A stretch of 64,000 nt of DNA from Amoebophrya sp. A120 (lineage: Eukaryota > Protista > Dinoflagellata), in NCBI GenBank assembly GCA_905178155.1, contig CAJINV010000003.1, positions 5,733,985 through 5,797,984 of the forward strand, written 5' to 3'. This document shows positions 50,574-60,800 of the stretch, piece after piece. Numbering within the stretch: position 1 is the stretch's first letter; each line of letters starts with the position of its first letter. The notes under the pieces were generated by a model, which saw only the letters and a program-made list of their open reading frames with translations, ran no database searches and had not been told where the DNA came from. The position numbers and the translations under genes were made by a program.

Positions 50574-51897
50574 ATGGCCTCCACAAGAGACCACGAAGGT
50601 GATGACGAGGGAAAGCGTAGACCGGTGTTCGCGCGAGTGTGGGCGTCCGCGCGGCCGTTTACGATTGGGGCGCTGGCTGGGTGCTGCAGTGCGACGTTGA
50701 TGACACCCTTGGACCTGGTGAAAGTTCGCCAGCAGATAACGGGGGAAAGTGCTTACCGGGTGGCGCGGCGAACGTGGAAGGCTGACGGTTTGCGGGGTTT
50801 CTACGCGGGTATCTCGGCCGTCTGGCTTCGACAAGTCGTGTACAAGGGTGCCGTTCTGGGTTTGTACGACGTGTTTTCGGGAGCAGCGGCGGGCGGCTCC
50901 GAGACCCCGGCGCCACTGGCTCGTTTGGTTCTATGCGCGAGCGGCGCCGCGGGCTGCGCTGCGGTAGTCGGAAACCCCGTCGACCGCGCCCTCGTGCTGA
51001 TGCAGGCGAATTACCGCAGCAAGCGGCAGGCGCGGCCCTACGCGCACGTGGGCGAAGCACTACTCGGGATCGTGCGGACGGAGGGCGGTCGGGGGCTGCT
51101 CCGCGGGGTCGGCGCCACGGCCGCGCGAGCCGTCTCGCTCAACGCGTCTTTTCTCGCGGGAAACACCTACCTGAAGGAGGTGATCTGCCCGCAACTCTTT
51201 CCAGTCGCACTCGTCACGCAATGTCCGTACGTGATCACGGTGTGCAGCGCTGTTTCCGCGGGGTTTCTGTCCTGCGTGACGTCCCTCCCGGCGGATTTCG
51301 TGAAGGTCACACTGCAGATATCGTAAGGAAAAATGCCCCCACCCCCGAACTTGAAAGGATTTGTATTGCAAACCTTTCCAAATGAAACATTCGCCCTCTT
51401 GCATCTATCAGCATCACAAATTTCCCATGCTGAATAGCGAAAATTTCGGATGCAAAGGAGCCCAACAACAGGCGGATCCCTGATGCAACAGATACCTTGC
51501 GCACCTAGATTCTGCATCAGAAATGCTTGCGCTCCTTTCATGCAAGACAAAAACCTTTCATTTGGAAACTTTGCATGAGAAACTTTTGCGAATTCGGGGG
51601 TGGGGGCACTTTTCATTGTAATAGCAGAGTCAACAAAAGAGCGGAACGGGGAAACAAGTGTACGCGGGGCCGCTGGATTGCGTGCGCGAAACTGTCCGCA
51701 CGCGGGGCGTTTTGGCGTTTTACACCGGCTTCGGGACCTACGTTGCGAAACAGGCCCCGATGGCAACACTCACACTTTTGTTTCAAGATGCTCTCAAGCG
51801 GGTACTGCACACATTCAGATCACTGTTTCGGCTTGGTGTTCGCCTCTTTTGCTTGTTTCCCAATAGAAAAATTAGACCACAACTACTTGTAAGATAA
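50574..51897 (+). CDS. Mitochondrial carrier (oxoglutarate/malate or dicarboxylate-tricarboxylate type), 2 exons split by a TIR intron
   Basis: Three PxDxxK-type motifs (TPLDLVKVRQQ, NPVDRALVLMQ, LPADFVKVTLQ), plus GFYAGISAVWLRQVVY and YAGPLDCV..FYTGFGTYV. Joined as TLQ|SQQKSG. Confidence 0.88.
51319..51623. mobile_element. Introner-like element, family D (305 bp)
   Basis: TSD GCAGA at 51314-18 and 51624-28. TAT..ATA ends and inner IR tgcccccacccccgaa / ttcgggggtgggggca. Removing 310 nt restores the frame. Best ends are AT..AG. Confidence 0.9.
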
Positions 51898-52534
51898 GAA
51901 GCATCTATGTTACCGACTTGGTAGCTGCGGCGAGGTAGGGAACATCTTCGAGAGAATGCACCAGAGCTTCTTGAGCAGCCATTTATTTGTAGTCTGAGAC
52001 CACATCAATGAATTAACCTGAGCAGTTGCAAGAGAGAGAGAGACGGACAAAGAAAAAAGAGGGTGCGCAGTTGCTTCAGCGTTCCTCATTTCCGTGGCCC
52101 AGAAACGAGCGGCTCTTTGCGCTGGATATGAAGAGAGGGTCTGCAACTATTCAAGAGCTAGGTTGAATTTGTAGCGACTTTCCCAAAGTAGAAAATCATT
52201 GAAATGTGAGGAGGAAGCAACATGTATGGTATATCAACAAAAGTATCTTCTCGAGGATCCGGGGATTGTTGATGTTGTCGAAAATAGTCGATTCGAAGAT
52301 GAAAACTATCTGCTTAGATTCGGTGTATGATGGTGCAGAATTGACGAACATGATTCTTGAGTAAGCACAGACTGATCTTCTCTTGCTCGACCTGGAAAAC
52401 AAGACTTTGGGAAACAAAACCAATAGCTTTTTTTTCGAGGGTAGTTGTCGGGGAACAGACCAGTGCAACCAGCGCATCGCGGTCGGGGTAGGTCCTGCTG
52501 AGAACCTCAACCTTCCACAGAAGTCTTCAAAAAA

Positions 52535-55500
52535 ATGACAATCGAAACCGCCGTTGATGCCGGCTGGACGCTGCTGGCCGGCATGCTCGTGTTCTTCATG
52601 CAGGCAGGATTCACTCTTCTCGAATCCGGCTACGTGAAAGCGCGCAACATCCAGTCCATTTTGATGAAAAACGCCATTGACGCGTCGGTTGCGGGTATCG
52701 CGTGGTACCTGTTGGGGTACGGGCTCGCTTTCGGCGAAGATTCGTGGCACAAGGAGCACAAGGGCGGTTTTGCCGGAACGGACCACTTCGCGCCCGGGTC
52801 GGACGAGTTGACGGACGGCACGGGGAGCTACGTCGATTTTTTTTTTCAGTACACCTTCTGTGCCACCGCTGCGACGATTGTGTCCGGCGGCGTGGCGGAG
52901 CGTTGCAAACTGGAGGCCTTCGCGGTGGTGTCGTTCTTGCTGACTCTTGTCTACTATCCCCTGGTGGTGCACTGGACCTGGGGTGGCGGCTTCCTGACCC
53001 ATATCACACAGAAAAAAGCTGGCAGGTCATATTTGTAATGCAAAAATAGACTGACAAAAAAGCTTTATTTTGTATTGCATATCCTAAATAGCATGCTATG
53101 AGGCCGCCCATGACAGATTTTGCTGTGTATTTGTTTTTGCATTACTGCCAGCTTTTCTCTGTGGGATAACCCAGAACGGGTACTCGGACTTCGCGGGCAG
53201 TGGCGTCGTGCACATGTTCGGCGGTTTCGCGGCGCTGGCAGGTGCGATCGTGTGCGGTCCCCGGCACGGCCGGTTTACGCCGGGCGAGGAAGCCAACTTT
53301 GCCCCCTCGAACATGCTCTACATCTGCGTCGGCGCCTTCGTCCTGTGGTTCGGGTGGTACGGCTTCAACGCGGGCAGCACCCTCGGGCTTTCCGGCGGCA
53401 ACGACTTGCTCGCCGCCCGCGCGGCCACCAACACCGCGATCTCGGCCGCGTTCGGGTCCATTTCCAGCTTCCTCACCTCGTACATCAAGGACAAGAAGTT
53501 CAACGTCGCGGCGTTCGCGAACGGCATCCTCGGCGGCTTGGTCGGCATTACCGCCGGGTGCGCGGGTATGGACACTCATTTGGCCTGTGCAACGGGGATA
53601 TCAACTGTAAAAATGTCTGGGTCTGGAAGAATGTTGCAAGATTTGTCATGCATATTTCTCATGACCCATGATCTCTGTAATGCAGGGCCTAGCGTGACAG
53701 ATTCTGTGAGATCCCTATCATGCCTATTCTGCATGAGAAACTTCCTCGCAACTTGGTCAAAAGTGGACAGCTTTTGGCATTCATGCAAGACAGATTTTGG
53801 CACGATCCAGAATTAGCATTACAAGTTGCAATTTTCCAGACCCAGACATTTTTACATTTGATAGGGGATCATCTCCGGCCTGCTGGTGGAGTCGTCCTCC
53901 GTATTCCGTGTAAAATCGTCCCCACCCTGCTCCGCAGTAGAGATGTCATGCAAATCTGCAAGCCTGATCCTGAAATGTTTCTCATGCGCAGTGCCATGAG
54001 GACCATTTTCGAACGCTATTTTTATCTGGGAGTTTGTCATGCTGGAACAATGAGGATAAGGTCAATTTTTTGTGATGCGGTTGTAATAGCTAAACAGTAC
54101 CACGCTAGTACGAGCTGAATCTTGTCGTGCGCAGCGGCCAAAGCGTGTTGCTTTCTGTAGCGAAATCGCGATCTTGACCCTGGTGCGGGGACGTTTTCAC
54201 TCAGGATATTCCGAGCTGCTGAAGAAGTTGAAGATTGACGATCCCGTGGGCGCTTTCCCAGTCCACGGTGCCTGCGGCATCTGGGGCGTGATCGCCATCG
54301 GGTTGTTTGACATGGAGAAGGGGTGGTTATCAGAGAGAAATTAATTAGCTGGCAGGTGGTCATATTATCTGTGATGCCAAAATGACTGAATGATGCGCAA
54401 AGGTGGCTCTGCTCGTGCATACTATGGGCTTTCCCATCTACTTACTACTTCACGTATTATTTTTTTTTCCCGCCGCGTATTTCGTTTGTTGTTGTACAAA
54501 AAACATCACATCGCACGTGGTCGTGCCAGCTTTTTTCCGCGGGATGGTTGTGGTCCGGCAAGAAGACGTTTGACATCCTCCTCGGGCCAAACATCACCGG
54601 CATCATCACGATTGCCGTGTGGAGCTTTTCCACTTCTTTGGTCACCTTCTTGGCCTTGAAGTACGCCGGGCTGCTCTTGGTTTCGCCGGAAACCCAGACC
54701 GCGGGGCTCGACCTCGAGAAGTTCGCACTGGAACGCATCCCGAGCCGCAAATCGGAACGCGAAACCGGACTCGTTCCTGCTACCGGTGTGCTATGCATAG
54801 GAAATGTCCCGACGTCGTACTACAAATCGCACGATCATTTTGTCTGTGCCACCTGGTAAATCGCGTTTGTAGTCGTGTAACGCACTTAATAGATGATACA
54901 GTTACAGGAGTCATGGTCACGGAAGGACTTGAACACCTTTGGTGCAGCTTTGGGTCATAAGTACATCATGATACATGGTCATCTCGCACCATCGTCACGA
55001 GGGGATATTCAATTCGGCAGAGAACTGACTGCGACTAAATGCTTACGACATAATTTTTGCAATGCATACTTGGTGCCGGAAATTGAAATGCCGGAGAAAC
55101 CGATCACACCGGTGGTGGATTTGAAAGCTGCTGTCGAGTATCAAATGCAAATATGTCTGGGTCTGGAAAGAATGGAATTTGTGATGCTGCGTTTGGATTT
55201 ATATAAAATCTGTATTGCATGAGCAGCAACGGGAGCCCAGTTTTTGCTACGCGAGGAGGGCATTTGTCATGCGGGATAGGCATCAAGAAGGCCTCAAGAA
55301 ACCTGTGATGCTGGGGCAGACATCACAGACACCTTGGGTCATGCAAAGTGTGCACGACAAACCTCGTATCCTTCCAGACACAGACATATTTGCATCTGAT
55401 ATCGAGGACATCGTCGTTGAAGGGGAGGTGGTCGAAACTGTGGAGACTATCAAATGTAAAAATGTCTGGGTCTGGAAACTTGTGATGCTGGGTGGCGTCT

Positions 55501-55711
55501 CATGATGAGGCCACAAGTGCTGGCTCAGCATGACAAGTTTCTGAGCTTCTAGGTGTTGCCTATTCTGCATGACAAACTACATTTCTGCATCACTGAAAAA
55601 TAGGGCTCTTGGGCAACGTGCATGACAGATTTAAGAGTCATGCCAGACAAGCATGACAAACATGCATTCTTCCAGACCCAGACATTTTTACATTTGATAG
55701 AGACTGTCTAA
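52535..55711 (+). CDS. AMT: Ammonium transporter (AMT1/AmtB family), 8 exons, with all 7 introns TIR-derived
   Basis: Motifs [113 protein letters not shown]. Ends ...ETVETV* at 55711. Confidence 0.95.
53002..53168. mobile_element. Introner-like element, family E (167 bp)
   Basis: TSD ACCCA at 52997-53001 and 53169-73. TIR tatcacacagaaaaaagctggcag / ctgccagcttttctctgtgggata. Removal gives [14 protein letters not shown]. Confidence 0.92.
53599..53863. mobile_element. Introner-like element, family A (265 bp, forward orientation)
   Basis: TSD GGGGA at 53594-98 and 53864-68. TIR tatcaactgtaaaaatgtctgggtctggaa / ttccagacccagacatttttacatttgata. Removal gives ACATG|IISGLL. Confidence 0.93.
53902..54208. 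mobile_element. Introner-like element, family B (307 bp, inverted relative to 6820-7127)
   Basis: TSD CTCCG/TTCCG. TIR tattccgtgtaaaatcgtccccacc / ggtgcggggacgttttcactcaggata. The reverse complement of its right end aligns with the left end of 6820-7127 (tatcctga...gtcaagatc...gcgcaYgaMaag). Confidence 0.82.
54329..54544. mobile_element. Introner-like element, family E (degenerate)
   Basis: Direct repeat TGGTT at 54324-28 and 54545-49. IR agctggca / tgccagct is shared with 53002-53168. Removing 221 nt gives [10 protein letters not shown]. No AG at the junction. Confidence 0.75.
54792..55068. mobile_element. Degenerate introner-like element
   Basis: tatgcat...atgcata ends. The flanking exons are in the same frame. 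The junction is ambiguous (GTGC repeat, or GT-AG at 54788-55096). Confidence 0.5.
55139..55401. mobile_element. Introner-like element, family A (263 bp, reverse orientation)
   Basis: TSD TCGAG at 55134-38 and 55402-06. TIR tatcaaatgcaaatatgtctg / cagacatatttgcatctgata. The internal sequence is inverted relative to the 7503, 17860 and 53599 copies. Confidence 0.92.
55448..55699. mobile_element. Introner-like element, family A (252 bp, reverse orientation)
   Basis: TSD GAGAC at 55443-47 and 55700-04. Perfect 30-bp TIR tatcaaatgtaaaaatgtctgggtctggaa / ttccagacccagacatttttacatttgata. Confidence 0.94.
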
Positions 55712-57838
55712 CTGCGATGGAGAAGTAGACAAATCGCATGCATGCTTGATGTGTTTCGCTAATGGCTCCCCCTTTCTATGGTCAAGATCGGAAAATCGCG
55801 AGTTACTTAAATGTGGGGTTTCATGGTACTTACATATTACAAAAATCGAGGGTGGGGAATATACTACAAATATACGTCAATCGTTTTTCGAATGAAAAAA
55901 TATCAATATGAATTATTCACAGGTCGAGACTGAGTTCTCAATTTTTTGGCTGAGCGTAATTATTTCTGTCCGACTCCGAATCGTTTTGAAAATATGATGA
56001 AAATGCGTGATCGAACATAGCAACCTCGTACATTAGGATCAAAGAATCCACCACCATGTGATTCTCCCAGACGGGATGGAATTGCACCCAGAAGTTTATT
56101 TGCGACCCTCTGTTGATTTACTGAATAGATATTTCGTTTGATGGAAACGAAAGCACGAAGATTATGAATGATAATTAATCAAGCGCCGCCACGAAATAAA
56201 AGTTTTATACGTTTACAAGGGGCAGTAGTGCAGGCACTACAGGTGAAGAACAGCAATTTTGTACTTCGTATCTCGTCGCGAAGATGGGCTGGGTCGAATC
56301 GAGCCTAACGACCTCTTCCTGGAGATACTGGAACCGATTACAATATTGCCTGTTACTATTTTCGTACCGGGCGCCAGTTTTGACTGAACTGAACCGGGTC
56401 CCAGTTTTGACTTTTTCGCCACTGTTAGTTTCCTTTTCATCCCTGCAGCCAAACCTTTCATTTTCGAGTGACGTGCTTTGAACATTTATGAGCTTTGTTG
56501 CTCGATCAGATCGCATTTCTTTTGTACCGAATCCGGGCTGTTATCAAGGTAATTATTATACTAGATAAGATTGCTGCGCGGGTCTTTGACGACAGCGGGG
56601 AAAGAATTTCTCTGTGTGCCAGAAGTTAGAGCTTATTTTCCTTACTTCTTGTCACGTGCGTTCAGTTTAACCGTTGACGTCTCAATAGTCACTCAATACT
56701 TTCAGGACAAGTTATTCTTTGTTTTTTTGACGCGTTTCGTTTGGAAACTCAACTCAAACAATCTAGAGAGCAAGTACTTGTGCTTACCGTTTCCGGTAAA
56801 AATTCTCCAACTGCCACTCCTCCTTGACGCTGCCACCTCTTTTTCTGCACTACGCTGTAGCTGCGGTGTACGGAGGATGGTTGCAGTGTCGGGGAGGAGG
56901 TGCCGTGCAAACTGTTACTTTTTCCAGTCCCTCTTTTTGACGCAGTGAGCGGGAAGACCAATTCAACGGGAGTGCTCTGTAAGCGACGGGCTGAAGAACG
57001 TCTGTGCAGTTACATCGGGAGTCCGCTCACTTGAATAACGTCGCAGTACTACATGCATTTCCATTTTCCCTCGAACAGTTACGAAGTCATTTTCCAGAAA
57101 ACGCCCTGTTTCGTGACGTGAAAGCATTGCTGCCAAATAAATATCTGGAGCTGCATAAAATGAAAACCGCACGTCTCTCACAGCCCGAAGTTGCTCTATA
57201 CGCGAAACATATTCTTCTAGCTTAGGGTGTCGGATTCAACACTTTGAACTAAGACAACGAAATGCTAGTGGCGCACTAATCAGATGGCATGAGGCAACGT
57301 GCTGGGTTTACTTTTATGCAAGGCGGAAACCAAGAAATAGAAATGCAAATGTATGCTTCACTATCACAACACAATTTGAATTTGTCAGTCGTGCACAGGA
57401 AGTTGGAGACAAGTACAGCGCACCATCCGAAAAAATATCCCATGCCAAAAGGATTGCTATCTGCAGTTTATGTTTACCTGCTATATCCGCTTGTGAAATG
57501 GAACCGGCAGAATGTTCAGGCGGGTCGTTATTTCAATTTTTTGCAGAAGCTATGTCGGAGAAGAGAACGAGAAATCGGTCTGTTCGGTACTCACTTTTGT
57601 TCAGTCTCGATGCACAGGTCCTTTATTGTTGTCAATGTCACTGACAGGTTCCTCAGTCATGTGTACGTATCTATGCAGCCCAATGCCGTCTCTACTAGTA
57701 GCACCCACATATTACTCACTACAAGTAGTCCGATTTTGGCTCACCTTCTCGGAATTCTATTACTTTACCTCTACCTGCTTTTGTGTACGCATCGATTTTG
57801 TTCATGATTCTAGAAAAAGAAATTCCTGAATTACATCC

Positions 57839-60800
57839 ATGATGAATCACCAACCACAGTCTTTGCGAAACAGTGCTCGGGCCTCGCAGACCCAGCACAT
57901 TATCGAGCTCCACGTGGTGTTGTATCGGGGGCATGATTTGCGCACACGTGACCACCCTCCATTGGCGGATATCGCAGCAAAATTGAGGGTCACCATGTCA
58001 GAAGCAAAGTCTGCATTCCGTGGCATGTCATGTTGTTTCCGTGAGACAAAGCTTGCGTCCACGGCCTGGCGCACCTATTTTGTTATAGAAAAAAAACTTC
58101 TTCACCGACTTTCATGGTAAATTTCAAAGACAGACGTTGACAACAAGACCCGCGGTTTTACTGCGATTCGATCGGCTCTGCGAGGAGCGGGAAAACGCGG
58201 AGACGGTGTGTGCAGCAGTTATGTTGTCCCTGCCTTCGTGCGGGGATCTCCGGCCGCGGAAGCGAGGAGTACCGGGTTTGCTCCCCGGCCCCGATGTGCA
58301 GAACTTTTTCAAGCCGTCGCGCTGGGTCGGCTGAGAGAGACACTTCGTCGTCCTCCCTACTCCACCGATCTGGTCTGCCTTTTTGCGGCGGATGGGCAGC
58401 GGAACCTCCACGGCGGCGAAGGGGAGGCAGGCAGTGCGAGGGCGCAGCAGAGGACAGACGGAAGCTTGGCCCGGGCTCACGCAGAGGCGCTCCAGAATTT
58501 TTTGGGTCGCTTGAGTGAGCTGTGGCACGAAGGAGATCTTCATGGCTCAGGCATCTTCGAACCTGCGAGAGACGACGCAGCGGGCACAACGCAGCACAAG
58601 GAAAGGAGTCCAGCGGAGACAGCGGTACACTTTCAAGTCACGGTGTACGCAAGCTGGCGGTTCGAACCTGCATTGAGGCAGGAGGACCGCAGATTTCGAG
58701 AGGAGCTGTTGCGTCAACAAGCGTGTGCAGCTGATATGAACAAGGGAATTGTAAGCAGAGCGGCGGTTCTTGTTCGACATCGCATTGTGGACGTGAAGTT
58801 TTTCAATTCTAGCCTTCTTCGCGACCCCGAACAGATTCCGCTGGACCTCGGGGCATCTGAGAAAGGCGCGTGGCGCGGGCATTGGGGAACACTAATGCCT
58901 TTTCTCACATTATGCAGACAGAAATTTGGCCAGCCCCCGCGCCCGTCTGGCCGTCCCGACGTCGCCGCGTGTGGCCGCGTTGCCCACAGAGTATTTCTCA
59001 GATCGGAAGGACTCGCGAGTCTCTCCACGTTACGTGTCCCAGAAGACGTGGTAATGGAAAGAAGTTCCGAGGAGCGGAAACTGGTCCAGCCAACCCGCCT
59101 CAAGACAATGTCGCGCAGCAACTCTCCTTCGGTCACCGGGGATGGAACATCAAGTATGGTAATCCCGCCAATCGTCACGACCGAGACGGACGATTGTGAT
59201 GATGATGAAGTTCTTTTTCAGTCATTGCCGCCGTGGATGCGAAAGCTCGTCAAGTCTTGGAGTCAGCCAGAGTACGGGCTTGGAAAGTTACCGATGGACG
59301 AGGAGGAGGCGTACGAAGTGATGCGTTTGTTTGTGTTCGGAGCGAATTCAACAGCATCGGGACGTGATGCCTCCAGGCCCGAAGATGAACATCATCCGAG
59401 GAAAGCAGAGGGGAGGCCTCCGGTGGTAGCTCCGTCAGCGTCCGTAAAAAACGCCTTCGGCGGATTGGCCAACTATGAGGCGATGCGTTCTAGGATCGAC
59501 ATAGAGCTCGGGAGTAGCCGGCTGTCCGCGGCCTTCCGCCACGGGCTGCTCTCCCCGAACGCTTTGTATTGGCTCGTGGAAGACGCGAAGCATCTGAGTC
59601 GCGAGCAAAAAAAAACCTTTGCGCGTCGGCTGATCTGGCGGGATTTGGCCTATTTCCAGCTGCGCGCGTTCCCGCAGATGCACGACGTGGGCATATCCCT
59701 TGCAAATTTATATTGTCAGCTCCAGGGAAATGCCAAAAGTAAAGCATACAAGACGCAGACAATTTCGGTTCACTGAACTATTGACAGAAAAAATGCATCA
59801 AGACCTGAGCCACATCCTGCGAATTTATTGATGGCGCAAAGAACTACAAAATTGGTCCATAATCGCCAAAATTGCGCCGGCGGAAAAAATTCAGTACACC
59901 AATCTATAAACACATGAGATTTACTAGCGCGACGGAACAATCAAAGGCGCAACGTTGCAGAAGTTGAAATGATTAGAACGATACGCTGCAGCACAAGAAG
60001 CCAATGTGGTCTAGTGTGTGCAAGAATTGATAGAGGTCGTCAATCGACATAGCAAAACTTTGCGTAGGTTCATTGTGCCTGATCGGCTGACAGGTTTGGT
60101 TACAATAGGAAATCCGACCGCACTACGACCAGACGGAATGGGAGCGGCCCGAGCCGGGAGCGCGCAGGTCGTACGAGTTCGGGAAGACCGGGTTTCCGCT
60201 GGTGGATGCGGGGATGCGCGAGCTGCAGCGGACGGGGTGGATGCAGCAGAACGTGCGGATGGTGTGTGCCAGCTTTTTGACCGAGTACCTCGGGTGGGAC
60301 TGGCGGGTGGGACACCGGATCTTCCACGACTGTTTGGTGGACGCCGACCTTGCAATCAACGCCATGATGTGGCAGAACGCGGGGCGGAGTGGGATCGACC
60401 AGTGGAACTTCGTCCTGAATCCTTGCGAGGGGAAGTCGCGCGACCCAGCGGGCGTGTACGTGCGTCGCTGGTGTCCGGAGTTGCGCAGTGTTGCAAAGGC
60501 GCGACTATTCGACCCGCACCAGGTCGCGGCCACCACAAAGGGAGACACCGGTGCGAAGGATTCGGCGGGGAGAACGTGGGCCCGCGGTGGCGGAAATACT
60601 AGGGGGTCGCGGGGAAAACAGGAGAACCAGAGATATTCTCGAGGGCCGTTCTCGGCAGAAGTAGATAGCGAGGGTCCTGCGACTGCGCGCCAAGGACTGG
60701 AGTCGGTGTCAGTTAGCATGGAAGAGGTGGCGGGAAGCAGTGGCGGCGGGGCAGCAGGACCTGCAGCGAGAGATGGTTATCCGTGCCCCATCATCCGGGA

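Noticed and set aside
53002-55704. Repeats with short spacers as a CRISPR array
   Set aside because: The repeats are inverted termini of 170-310 bp elements, the spacers are AMT exons, there are no cas genes, and the context is eukaryotic.
56366-56413. Short direct repeat ccagttttgact x2
   Set aside because: Two 12-bp copies with no further structure.
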